The translations under genes were made by a program, and so were the position numbers. The notes beneath the pieces are model-generated. The model made no database searches. It was not told the DNA's origin and saw only the letters and a list, made by a program, of their open reading frames with translations. From the NCBI RefSeq assembly GCF_036321535.1, contig NC_087436.1:4650001-4714000 (forward strand): a stretch of 64,000 bases of DNA, given 5' to 3'. Positions 26,741-39,456 of this stretch are shown in pieces. This stretch comes from Camelus dromedarius. Taxonomy: Eukaryota. Within the stretch, counting starts at the first letter, position 1; every line of letters starts with the position of its first letter.

Positions 26741-27999
26741 GAAGGATGATTCCATTTTTCTGCAGGTGACAGAAACTCGCTGTCTTCCTACCTTGGTCGA
26801 TCCCAAATGAAGTAGCATGCCTACCTTTAACATTCTGGAGAATTGGATGCTGAATATGGCAACGAAGTGAAGATTAATGCTCATCCTGAGCATCTTCTCC
26901 ATTGCCTTGTGTTTACCATCCAATTTTCCACCCTTTGATCGTTTATGCAAAGAAACGAGGACAAAGATTCACAGGCAGTTGATGGTCTTTTCAGCCAAGT
27001 CCAACTCTTCCCTGGTCTGTCTGTCACCATCTGTGGTATTTAGACGGTGCATTTAGTAATAAAGAATCAAAAGAAGTAGCCTCGTGAGGGAACACGCTAT
27101 CTTTCCAAGTTCCCAAGAGAACTTTTGGTGAAAAGATATCCATTTTGTCTGTTTCACATTTGTCTCAATTTTACCTTGTTTTGTGTTTCGTTTTCTTTCC
27201 TGGAAGTGTCACTAGCACTTGTGCATAATTAAGCTTGAAAACAACATCTTTAGATTTTCAGAAGTTAGTCTCATGTGGCCGAGAAGGGAATGAGACCCAG
27301 TAATGCTAGACAGAATGAATTTGGGGTTAGAATTCTGTGACTTGATGGTTATTTCTTCAATGTGTTTGACAGAATTTCTGGACAATTCATCCTTGATTGA
27401 GTATTCTCAGAGACTGAAAGTAGGCTGATTGCATGAGGGGCAATGAGAACATTTCAAGTCTGGAATTTCCTCTCTGGATTAAATAAGAGGAAAAATGATA
27501 AACGCTGTGTACTCTCAGTATAGCACAGATTTATCTTTGCTTTCACATTGATTTATTTTAAGTATCCACCTGTCTAGGAAATGGATACAGATCCTACCCT
27601 TCCCTTCTAGAACTCTCTAGACAAAAGAAAATAAGTCACGTTGAATTTTCCTGGAAATAAAAATTCTCAGAAATTTTCTAAAGCACAAATTCTATGTATT
27701 ATTTCCTGCATAGAAGAGTATCTTGTCTCCTCAAATACAGTTCATTGATCAGGTCTAATTTATACAGTTAGTCATAAAGAATATCTTTTACTATTATGCA
27801 AATATTCATTTATTAAAGAATAGTTCTGAAATGCCTTCTGAGTGAGCCTCTACTGTCTTAGGGGCTGGGAATTCCATGGTGAAAAAAAAACACAAGATGG
27901 TGCTTTTTTCTTTTTTATATATAAATTAATATATATATATATACACTTGGTACAGACACAGACAAGATACCTATGAAGAGATATATATCCACAATGGAT

Positions 28000-28005
28000 T
28001 TTATT
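28000..28005 (-). terminator. Probable ASIC5 polyadenylation signal AATAAA
   Basis: tttatt on +, about 105 nt after the ASIC5 stop. Confidence 0.7.
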
Positions 28006-28110
28006 GAGTCCCCAAAGCTACAATGTAAAGTTACTTAACAGTGAGTTAGTCATGAGTAAATCTGTGGGTATTGTGCAGAGAAAATCAGAAGCCTTTGTCC
28101 CTAGTGGACC

Positions 28111-28301
28111 TCAGCATTCCTCTATGCCATTTTTATTTCCCAGACAATTCTGAGGTGGAGAAGTCCCCTGGGTCATGTCCAGTATCTTCAGGAGGAACAA
28201 AATGCAAAGCCAGTAGACATTGGTGAATATATACTCGATAATTTCTATGATCGTAATCACACTGGCCCCACAAAATAGCCCCAGCTGGCCACCGACATCT
28301 G
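28111..28301 (-). CDS. ASIC5: ASIC5 exon 10 (TM2 with GAS filter, C-terminus), (A)DVGGQLGLFCGASVITIIEIIEYIF...NKNGIEEC-stop
   Basis: GGQLGLFCGAS motif; ttacag| acceptor; TGA at 28113-28111; 191 nt; the ten exons sum to 1518 nt. Confidence 0.97.
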
Positions 28302-28834
28302 CTGTAATAAAGCCAATACAGAAAGTGAATAAATCGTGTTTTTTCCTAAAAAGGAAATTAAATGTTATTAGATTTTAAACTGTAAGCTAATAAGTTAATA
28401 ACAATGGGTATTATACGAATATGAGTTAATGGCATTATTTTAAGTTTGGTATAACGGTGTGACAGCAATTAATACCTTAAATATCTTAAAATAATATTCA
28501 CATAAATTATCTCAAAAAAAGAGAGGCAAAAAACGTAACATTTATTTTCAAAAATGTACCTCAAAGACTTTGGGGGATATTAAATCTAGGCAAAATCATA
28601 AAACATCCTATAAATTCATTTCTAAGTGTTGCATGTAGATCAGAAATTGTACAACAGGATGGCATTATTAGGTAATTATGTTTTCCACAAACGAATTTCC
28701 AAGCAATTTGTGGCTTCAGGTGTCCAAACCATATCTTTTTTAAGCATTTGCAGTATTTCATTAAACTAAAATATAGCACTGCCTTTTTTTTTTAAAGAAG
28801 TTTTAAAAATCTACATGCCTTTATTGTTTGCGCC

Positions 28835-29075
28835 TTTTTGTGGTAAAATGTACATAACATAACATTTCCCATTTTCACCAATTTTAAGCGTGCCGTTCTG
28901 CGGCATTACGTACATTACGTTGTTGTGCAACCGTCACCACCACCTCCCGTGCCCAGAACTTTCTCATCTTCCCAAACTGAAACTCTGTCCCCATCAAACA
29001 CTAACCCTTTACTGCCCCCTCCCCTTGCAACCTCTATCCTACTTTTTGTCTCTATCAATTTGACTCCTGAATCAC
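28835..29075 (-). mobile_element. L1MB-like 3' end
   Basis: gtggtaaaatgtacataacataacattt...ttcccaaactgaaactctgtccccatcaaacact. Confidence 0.75.
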
Positions 29076-29741
29076 TCCCTCTGTAAATAGATAATGTTAT
29101 TAATCCTTTTCTCCCCATCCAAGGCCATTCTTAGGACGATGCTATTTTTGTAACTCATGGCGACGGAGTTCAGGCTTCTGCAAGAACTTTGACGAATGTG
29201 TGTGTTTCCTCCCTGATCAAGGGCTCAGCTGCCAGCGTATGATGGCGGTTGCCTGACTCTGGTACCTGCTCCTGTCCCTGACATGCCCTGCTCTAAGATG
29301 CAGTCAGAACTGGGAAATCGGCGGTGACGTTTGCTAAGGACCGAGTGACGGAGGAGCGCTAGCAGGCAGTGGTCGCATCGGCAGTGCCAGATTTTGCTTG
29401 CCTGGTCTCTTTCAACCCATCTGGGTGGAGCTCTGGGTGGAGTCTGAGAAACCTACGCCAGAACTTCGACCCAGAAAGTGCAACACGCAACAATAGTCCC
29501 TTGCCGGGGCGGTGTCGGAGGGGAGGCGGAATGCTGAGTGTGAGTGTGACAGACACAGCCTGTTCTCTGTGAGCGCTTCTGCAAGTTTGCTGGAGGGTGC
29601 CCAGGGAGTGGAAAAGTGTCAGATTTAAATGGCAGGTGGATGACAATCTCTATTGATTCTTTTCCTCCACTGATAAGCTAAACCTTAAAGATGAAAATAA
29701 AAAATCTGATAGAATATTTTTTAAATTGAGGAACGACTTAC

Positions 29742-29833
29742 CAAGTAGCTCAGACACACTGACTGCTTTCTGCTGTTGGGTAATCTTATAGTTTAAGTCA
29801 CCATAGTTTATTTCAATGTTCACAAGATTCTCC
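29742..29833 (-). CDS. ASIC5: ASIC5 exon 9, ENLVNIEINYGDLNYKITQQQKAVSVSELL(A)
   Basis: Manual translation; ccccag| and G|gtaagt; 92 nt. Confidence 0.96.
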
Positions 29834-30479
29834 CTGGGGGTAAAAACAGAGTTAGTCTAGCTCAAGATTGTCAGCACTCCTTTCAATTCCTCTTTGGCAA
29901 AAGTAGCATTTATTTTTGGTTCAGATGCTGTTTAACATCAGATTTGAGAAACATCCTTGTATTCAGTACTAATCACAAGAGCTTCGTTTGGAAGGCGTTC
30001 GTGTTATGTTGGTATTTAGGGAAAAGAATTTTTCCTCTGATCCAATCATTTTTCTATGCCTCATTCCTGAGAAACTGGAAAAAGACATTAAATGTAAATA
30101 TCTCCTGAGTATATTAGAATATTTACAAGCATCTGAGTGTGTGTCTCATTTTAATTCAAATCTTGGTCCTGTCCCGTGTTACTTCTGTGACTCCTGCAGA
30201 AACCAGGGGGATCTCCTGGGTATCAGCTGTCTTATCTGTAGTCAGGATTTTAGAGCTCTCCAAGACGAAATTAAATAATATATGAAAAGAACTGGCATAG
30301 TGCCTGGCAAATATTGGGTGTTCAATAAATGGTAGTCATTTATCTCAAATCATTAATATATTATTTAGGGCAGAGTCTGCTTTCTTACTGTGACCAGAAG
30401 AGCTAACCACTGTTTTAAAATGATAACTCTCTGTGCCATCTCATGCACCCTCACAGGAGCCCAGAGTTCCACCTTGAAC

Positions 30480-30900
30480 TTCACTGATATACTGAATTGC
30501 CTCTGGTTAGTGCTACTTGGATGTTCAATAGGTATTTCAAATCGAACATATTCCAAGTCAAACTCTTGACATTTCCCGACTTATAATACAATAACACTGC
30601 ACAGCCAACCCATCCATCAGTAAATATTTGCTTTACCTTCAAAATAAACCAGAATCCAAGCTCCTCTCACCCCACCCACCGCTACCACCTTTGCCTAAGC
30701 TTCCATCACCTCTCACTGGATTCCGCAGTAGCTTTCCAGCTGGTCTTCCTGCTTCTGACTTTAAGGTAATCCACCCCACGGATACACACCCTTTGTTCTT
30801 CACACAAAAAGCAAAATAATACTCATACAACTTGCAAATCACCTTACTCACCTGCTCAGAACTCCCCAGAGACTTCCCATTATTTGCCAGTGAAACCCCT
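30480..30900 (+). mobile_element. L2 fragment
   Basis: ctttaccttcaaaataaaccagaatcc...agtagctttccagctggtcttcctgcttc resembles L2 3' region. Confidence 0.65.
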
Positions 30901-31219
30901 CCATGGCCCTTATGGGGTTTCCATCGGCCACCACCTCTTCCCAGTGACTCACACCCAGGCAGTCTTGGCCATCACTTCCTCTGCCTCCTGACACACCAAC
31001 CTCATCCTCAATGAAGAAGGCAGAATGGCAGCTTCAGTGTTCCTCTAGCCATGCACGGGGCGTGCTGTTGGCCTATGACCTCCTTCTGTGTTTGGTTTTC
31101 CCTCCTTCTGAAATGTTCTTTCCTCGTGGAGTGCTGAGGCCCCCTTTAGGGAAGCAGCGTTCACAGTGTGGTCGCAGGACCCTAGGGGCCCCATCATCCT
31201 TTCTGGAGGGTCACAGGGT

Positions 31220-32612
31220 CAACGTCATTCTCATAAAATACTAACACATTATTTGAGATTTTCACTAGGCTTGTTGTTTCACGGAAGCTGCAGTAGCCAC
31301 TTGTTAGACGGAATAGCCTTTCCACAAGAATGAATGAATGACAAACTGTGGTTATTCAGACTTTGGTATCTGGCAGACATTTGCAGCAAAAATGAGCAAA
31401 ACAGCTCTGTGGCATTGAGGAAAACAACAGATAAGACTTGTAGTCAATGATAAATGTCAAGCTTTGATTTTACACTGCATTTAGAATTTTGGAAAATTTG
31501 TGTCTGCTATAATGAGCTCAGCTCCCCACTTTTTAAGGACTTTTATGATAGGATAAGTAATGCTATTAAAATGAAGTGTATATTATATAACAAAGTGGAC
31601 TGATATTTGGAAAATGTGCCATAGCTCGGAGAATTTTTCGAACGTCCGGTAAATGATGCTCTGCATCACATGTTCGAAGTGCAAGATCAATCAATACAAA
31701 TACAATTGCGTCTGAACAGTTCACTGATAGGCTTTGACGTTCCAGGGCGGACAGCTTGCAAATGCTCCCCTTCCCTCTCCTCGTTCCCCAAAGAGTTTGG
31801 CTGATAAGAAAGTACAGGGTTTCTCCTTTGATACCTGGGAAGATTCCAACCACACGAACTCTGGTCCTCATCCGGGACCACTCACCCAAGCCCTGCCTTA
31901 TAACCACATGGGAAGGCAAAGCCATCATCCCCTTCTGTCAGACCCACAGAGGTTCTACTTGGGAGCGTGCCCTACTCTTCCCAGAAAGTGTCATTACGGG
32001 AGCAATAAATAAAATTTTCATATCCTCTTGATGCACCTTTGGCATCATAAATCTCACTAGTCTAATCAAATTTTGAGTGGATAGTTGGTCCCAGTCCCTG
32101 TGGGACAACTGTAAGAAACAAACTGCAATGAACACTGAAGAGAGCACACTCAAGGTTGGATGTGTCATCAAGGAAAAAAATCACAGTTATCCGTAAAGGC
32201 TATTAAAACATACCCCCCCTTTCCAGCTACACATCTGTTTGACACAAGCAACTGTTCTCCAACCAAGCAACATAAACCAACAGGTTAAATGCACAAATGA
32301 GAATCCAGCTTGCTTCTACTAATTAAGCCAGACTCTGAAGCAGTCAACAACCTTCTGAACCAATACCCCTTCTCTTCCAACATTGATTTTGCCTTGGAAA
32401 ATGTTACTGTTTGTAAAAAGCTTTCACTTACATTACCATGCAGTACAAGTATTATTGCTATTTTCAGTGAATTAGTCAAGAAAAGAATTTCACAGCTTAA
32501 ATTTCGAAAATGGCAATTACTGCCACTTACGTCTCACACGAAGAAAAGCTCAGTTGGACTCAGTGATTTTTTTAAGAGTACAAAGTGACCTTGAAGCTAA
32601 AAAGTGTGAGAG
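31220..32612 (+). mobile_element. Charlie1-like hAT transposon relic interrupted by an LTR (about 31735-32110)
   Basis: gacaaactgtggttattcagactttggtatctggcagacattt and cacagttatccgtaaaggctattaaa...atgagaatccagct resemble Charlie1; the insert carries AATAAA. Confidence 0.65.
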
Positions 32613-34513
32613 TATAAATACAGTTGAGTCTGAACAATTCACTGACGTGTTTTGACGTTCCAGGGCTGACAGCTTTCAAATGCCACCTTTCCCTCTCCTC
32701 ATCCCCGAAGAGTTAGGCCGATAAGAAAGCCTAGGGCTTCCCCCTCAGGCACCTGGTTTAGGGCTTTGCTCGGCTGTCACCTCCCAGGAAGACCTCGCTG
32801 GATCATGCTCCTTGGTGCCGAGGACCACCTCCGCCTGACCCGCCTGTACACGCTCACCGTCCATCCTCACCCGGGGGGGAAATGTATCAGGGCAGGGCTT
32901 GTGTTTTACGCTGACATGTCTCTAGCTTTGAGAACACCCTGGAGCCCTGACACACAGTAGGCCCTCCCTGCATATTTGTAAAATGGACAAGTAAGGGAAC
33001 ATGTTGAAGATGAAACCAATGAATGAACAGATAAATATTAATCTGTCTTATAAGCCGAGGTGGAAACCAACCAGCTGATGACTTTCAGAGGCAACAATAA
33101 TTATCATTACGAATAGATCCTATTAGCAAAGTTTCCTGGAATTAGGTGGTGTCAAAATACATCTCAGAAGCATGGCTGCAAATCACTGTCTTGATTATTT
33201 ACCATTTCAGAAATCAATATCCCCAAATAGAATTAATTCAAAATTTATCATTAATGTGTTTACTTAATTTCTATTGGTTTAACCCTGGGCAACAGGAGAA
33301 TGTCCTGTCTTTAAGTAGATAATTGGAGGGTATTGTAATATTTGCAAATAATAAAACAGTTTGCCAAAGTGGAAGAACTAATAAAGTTGTCTTAGGAGCC
33401 CAGAAATTTTAGTAATATTGCGATCTTTTTGTCCTCCACGGTGCTCCTAATTTGCATGTAAACTGATAATTCTGTTTGATTTCCCTAGCACAAAACTTGT
33501 AGCCATTTCCAAGCATTAGTCATTTGTGTTTTTGAGAGAAGAGAATTTCATTCTCTACAAAAACACTGTGACGTGTATTTTCTCAGGCAGGTTACTTGTC
33601 CCGTCTACACCTCATGGTGATAGTGAAACTGTTCAGGGTTTTAGCCCAAGAATATTTGTTTATGTCAGGAGAGGCACAATTATGAAATAAATCTGGATTT
33701 TAATAAGGATGAGAAAATCAAAGAAAAATAGTTCACTGCGTTTACAAAACAAAAATACTTCTGGGTGCTTGAATGTAACTGCTGTATTTAGGGGAATAAA
33801 TTTGTTTTGCATAAAGTAAATAATTTTATACAAATTTTACCTAAGAATGTGTTAAATTAAGGCCAAAAATTTTTTAAAGTTCATTTGTTTTGCTAATGAA
33901 ATTGACCTAAATTCAGCCACAACTGACCGGTCCATTCACTCCCACGTGGCCTGCTTCTGTCAGGCTAAATTCTTATCTTCGTCTTAATGGAATTCAGTCA
34001 CCGCTGTGTGGGGCTCCGGACTGGTCCTGGTCTGGTGTTGCTTTGTTTCAAATGTTCGCAATGCTAAGATTTTATATCTGCTTTCCTGACAAACTACTTG
34101 TATTTTCTGATTTACCACTCTTTGATTTCTGGTCCCCGTGTACAAACTGGTGTTTTAATTTATGTGTGACTTCTAACCACCGGCTCTGACTAGGATCTGG
34201 TCACCCTTGAGTCCAGCTGCGCCGATCCACCACCTGCCTAGTGGCTTCCCCTATCCCAACCATGTATGGGCCACACATGTCAGTTACATGATGAGATTAA
34301 CCAGATAACTACTTCTAATAAAAGTTTTAGGAAAAAACAAGCTATGTTCTCTAGGACCATCTTGTTTCACAATGGATTTCTTTTCTGATTCACCAAAACG
34401 TCTCCAACATCACGCCTACATTCTCTGCATGCTAAATAGGAAACTCAGGGGCTCTCTCAGCCAAAAATCACACAATGTGCTCTTCTCAGTCACAGTTAAA
34501 TAAGGAGTCATAC

Positions 34514-35014
34514 TGTAATAGAGAACAAACCTGACTATATTGGATCTGTTCCTTTAGCTTTAACCACTGTGCCCTGCTTTCTAGGCTTAGCTCTGTACCT
34601 TCTGTAAAACAATGTTGCCTTTAGCCTGAAATGTCCAGGAGAGCCTATTCTCAGGGCTCTGAGCTTTAAGGATGTTAGGTCTTAAGCACTTATGTAGCAA
34701 TGGCAAGTTGCAAAATAGAGAATAACCTCTGTTTTGTTAGAAGTTTACAGGGACATCATGATCTGGCCCACGTGGACGGCTGCAAGAACAAAGAATGCCT
34801 GCAGCAAGAAGTTTGCAACAACCAACCACTTGTATTTTTGTATAGAAGGAGCCCATATTCTGACTGGAGCAGGATGGTTCTCCAAGACATTAGTCTGCCA
34901 TCCTGTCAGTCTGTAAGCTTTCCGAATAAACTCACTATTCCTTGCCCCGACACCTCGTCTCCTGATTTATTGGCCTGTCGTGCAGCGAGCAGAACGAGTT
35001 TGGACTTGGCAACA
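34514..35014 (+). mobile_element. Intact solo ERV1 LTR, MER41-like, in ASIC5 intron 8
   Basis: TGTAA...AACA termini, exact 4-bp TSD ATAC, internal AATAAA, 3' end gatttattggcctgtcgtgcagcgagcag. Confidence 0.8.
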
Positions 35015-36044
35015 ATACTCTAAGTACACCAGTTTCCATATTAAAGTGAAATACAAATAGATATCTGTACTGGAGATCAAAGTGTTAACAAAGATATAAT
35101 TGTGATTTTTCTACTTTACATCTTTTTATCTGCTAAGTGTTTGAAATGATACCTTAGCAACCTTGTCTTGATGAAAATACTTTTTCTTCCTGATTTGAAA
35201 GAATGCTTTACTGTCTAGGCATTTACGCAGGAGAGCGTTTTTAGTTTGTTTGTTTGTCTCATTAAAATAAATACCAGCTTAACACTGGAATCAAAGCATG
35301 CTTTCAGAGTTGGAGCCTTGACTGCATAAAAGTAAATCAGCTTTTAATTAGTTAATATACTTTATTATAATAGCTGTAAGTACAAACACCAAATGTACTG
35401 TGCTGCTATTTCAGGTTTTCAGCTTGAAAATATAAATAAAATACAAAGAGAAATGTTAAGGTTGCTCCCCGACTTAAAAATAGAGAGTTCTTTATGACGT
35501 TTGGTTTGTAATTTCTAAGAGGCATGGTGTAGCAGAAAGAAACCTAACAGAGTCCTCAGTTCATCAAAACTGCCATATGTCTCGGTGGAAATATATTGAG
35601 TCGTGGGCTTTGGGCATAAATTCCTTGTGTGAACTACCTTCACAGGATGGTTTCTCAAAATGCCAGGGTCCTCAGTCCCCTCGTCTGTAAAATGAGGCTA
35701 CTCCATGCTCCGTCTACCTTAAACAGTTCTTAGAAGACTCAACTATAATAATAGACAAGAAAGAGATTTCATGTTTACACAAGTGAACTGATATTAGTCA
35801 GCATTATTCCCGGTTGGGCCAAAAAAAGGTAAGATCATAAGCAAATTACTCAGGCTGGCCTCATTTTACCTTTCGCTCAATTCAATTAATTCAATTTTCT
35901 ACTTTTAGAATTCTAGGCTTCCACCGATCATTCACTAATGTAAGTCATAGCTTCCTTCGGTTGATCAGGATTTCATGTCCCAAGTCTTTGAAAATAAAGA
36001 AAATATGTTAATTACAAATAATTTACCAGACTGAAAAAGGTTAC

Positions 36045-36213
36045 CTGATGTAGTCCCAGCTTCGATTCAACTTCCTGGAAAGATGTTTCAAAGCTTGGTG
36101 ACTTGGAAACATTGAGTAAGAAACAGTAGCAGGGTACTCCGTTTCTTCACAAGGGACAGGGCAGCTGGAATTATGTGTTCCCTTTGTACACAGTCCCTTA
36201 ACTTCAATGTGGT
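36045..36213 (-). CDS. ASIC5: ASIC5 exon 8, (D)HIEVKGLCTKGTHNSSCPVPCEETEYPATVSYSMFPSHQALKHLSRKLNRSWDYI(R)
   Basis: Manual translation; atttcag| and AG|gtaacc; 169 nt. Confidence 0.96.
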
Positions 36214-36517
36214 CTGAAATGAAAATTAACCCAGGAACTCAGAGAAGAGGACTACTCTATTCACAGTGGGCGGAAAGAGCTTTTTAATATTTTGTCATTT
36301 CACTTTCAATGCTTAAAACTGTGGTTAACAAGTTCTATCACTACTTTAACAAATGATATTCATATTTTATTTATATTTTAACTTAATACAGCAAAACCTG
36401 ATTAATGACCAACTTCAGGCTTGTTTTCCAGACTCTATAACATTGCTTCCCCTTCAGGCCCTGACTTTTGTATGTATCCTCTAGTTAGACTACTGGCAAA
36501 ACCCACCACACTTTACT

Positions 36518-36759
36518 ACACACACACACACGTACACACACACGTACACACACACACGTACACACACATATACACGCACGGATGCACACATACATGTATA
36601 CATGCACACACATACACGCACACACGTGTACACACATATGTACACAATACACGATATACATGTACACACACAAACGTACATACATGTACACACATACCCA
36701 GTACACAATACACATACATATACACACATACACGTATACACATGTACACACATACACAC
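36518..36759. repeat. Complex (CA/TA/CG) alternating purine-pyrimidine repeat, about 240 bp
   Basis: Directly visible. Confidence 0.95.
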
Positions 36760-37743
36760 TTTCCTGAGCCCACTATTCCATAATACGTGCATGATTTGTT
36801 TCCCCAAACTTCCCCCACAGCCCCCGGCAGGGGTGTGAAATTACAAGAAATTGACAACGTAACTTTACATCAGTGGTCGGTGATAGGACTTACACGTATT
36901 CAGCTTGCGAGCTATTAAAACCATAAGATCTCTCCCACCCACACCCGTTCCATGAAATATGTTACCGCCCTTGAAAAGAGCCTGTAAGTCTATTCCTGTG
37001 GCCCTGGAGACGTTTTCACGGTGCGTTAGAGCAGCAGGTTTCATAGAAGGGGATATAATATGATTCCATCTCAATGAAATAACCAGGGACCTAAAGTCAT
37101 AAATATGAAGCTGCATTTGTGGAGAAAATTAGGGCTGAGTATTCTAGAGTGTTAACACTGGTTGAAAGTTAAGAGAGATATAAGCAAAAAAATGCTGTTT
37201 AAGAAGGTAAAGGTGGCATGTATGGTTGTGACTCCACTTATGTAAAATTATATCTGTGCACCTAATTATGAAGCACATGTAATGAAATGAAGAGTAAAAG
37301 AACAGTCACCTAAGCTGTGACAGTAACTCTCAAAGCGGTGCTACGTCTGCTGACTCCCACGTGACTCTTTCCTATTTGTGACGTCTGCACTAGTCACAAC
37401 AAGCATGCTTTATTTATGTGATGAGAAAAATCAATGAAGCTATTTTGACTGTAAAGTTTAAATTAAAAAAATTAGAAATAAAACCCAGAGGTCTCTTGCT
37501 GTTACTTTGTCACTGCGTACCTTTAATTCAGATGTATCTTGAAATCACAGGGCTTCCTGTTTCGTTTTACTGTCTGTGTCTATGTAAGCTATAGTTGCTA
37601 ATTTTAAGGACGTTGAAAAATTACCCCTTATAGCCTCTCCTGTTTCATTTCTGAACTATCCACAGTATGATGTAGAGTCTTGTATTGCTCTGAGCAACTT
37701 TCATATAAATCCTGAAAATAAAGGAAGAAATGAAGCCACTTAC

Positions 37744-37800
37744 CGAGTACGGGAGACACACAGTTGTAAAACTTTTGCAGGTCACACTCTACCCCGTTTC
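37744..37800 (-). CDS. ASIC5: ASIC5 exon 7, (G)NGVECDLQKFYNCVSPVL(D)
   Basis: Manual translation; ttttaag| and G|gtaagt; 57 nt. Confidence 0.95.
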
Positions 37801-38402
37801 CTTAAAAATAATAAGTGTAAATATAGACTTTACATTTTATGAAATAAGTGGCATAATGACAAAATACCTTCCATCCATCCATCCATTTATTCTTTTGCAA
37901 AAAAAAACCCCGTGAAAACATAACACCCCGCGGAAATCCACACTGAGAGGAAGGATAACCGTGGTTTTTTTTTTACTTCCACGTTTCTTTCCATCTGTAT
38001 CATTCTAAAATCTTCTTAAGCAGTAATAATAATTTTAAACTGCCCCTAGTTCTGAAATTTAAAATTGCTTTTGAATTTATCATCCCATTCTTTTTCTACT
38101 GTAGTCCAATGATGTGGAAATCATCGTTTTACAAATGAAGAAACCCAGGTTCAGAAAGTGGCCTGAGCAGTTAGGGACGAATGTCCTGTTCATTCTGTTC
38201 ACCTTCCACCCCACGCCCTCTGCTCACTGATTTAAACTGATACGCACTCGCACACCCAGTCGGCTGCATTTCCAGTGGCAGGGTGGGCCAGGGAAGTGCC
38301 AACAGTTGTTAAGCACCTGCTGTGGACCTTGAGACAAAATCAGTATGTACCAGAGCTGGGTTTAATCCCGGGCTGACTTTAAAGACTTAGCCTCTGCATC
38401 TT

Positions 38403-38537
38403 TTTATTGATTTTGGGGGTGGGGTGGGAGAGAGGAGGTAATTAGGTTTACTTATTTTTCAGTGGAGGTACTGGGGACTGAACCCAGGACCTCGTGCATA
38501 CTAAGCACACGCTCTACCTCTGAACTATACCCGCCCG
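38403..38537 (-). mobile_element. tRNA-derived SINE, Vic-1-like, in ASIC5 intron 6
   Basis: Same family; exact TSD ctgcatctt at 38394-38402 and 38538-38546. Confidence 0.9.
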
Positions 38538-39456
38538 CTGCATCTTCATACAGTATTTGTCCATTGCTATAACCCATGTATCACAGGTTAGCCTCAGTGT
38601 GTAGTTAATGGCCCTGAAAATGACCAAAAGAGATCGTCCACTTACAACTTGTGGGTAAGTTCAGTGGACTAAGAGGAAGTGTGCTTTGTGAAGAAGTGAA
38701 AAATGAAAAAAATCTACCTCCACCATTGTTGGTAAATAGCTCTCTTTTCCAAAATGTTCCTTCTTTCTTGCAATGGTATTTCCCCCACTACAAAGAAGGA
38801 TGGAATTCAGGAAATGGCCCATAGCTGAGAGGCTGGCTTTGACAACGTCCTCTACAACGTGTTGGTGGAGATTCTGTAGCGAGTCCGTGTAATAGCTGTA
38901 AATCTCAGTTTCCTCACCGGTAAGTTGACTTAGACGGATGCGTGAGGACCAAACCAAATGACACATTGTCCTGAAAACACTTGATCGACCCTGAAGTTTG
39001 TGCAAATGTCATGCCTGTGTTTCATACTTTCTCTTGCCTAGTTTCTGGTCCATATTACTCAGCTTTTGTTTTGTAAGAAAGGAGACATTTTAAAAATATA
39101 ATATCATTTTCCATCTACCAGTTCAGACTTTTCCCCAGTAACTTTGGAAAGATAATTAGGAATGAGGTCACACTGAGGAAACCCTGATAAGCAGCTTTAG
39201 CTACTCGAGAGCACCCAGCTGAAAATGTGGAAAATGAGACCTGGGGACCAGCTCAGACAACACAGGGCTCTTTCCTTTTCCAGAAATCTCTACTATGAGT
39301 CCATGATGTACAGTCTGCCGGCTGCCATTTGTCAAATGATTGACTTTGCAGCGTAGACTTTCTTAAGCATGGAAAAGAGTTCCATGACACGTTTATCTCC
39401 GTGTCTTGGGTTAAGCACCTAGAAGTCAAGAGGGGACGCAGCCGTTGTCTATTTAC

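Noticed and set aside
28133..28138. AATAAA inside ASIC5 exon 10 (minus strand)
   Set aside because: Encodes Asn-Lys; a better-placed signal lies at 28000-28005
36421..36857. Six overlapping His/Thr or Val/Cys-rich ORFs
   Set aside because: Translations of the CA/TA repeat
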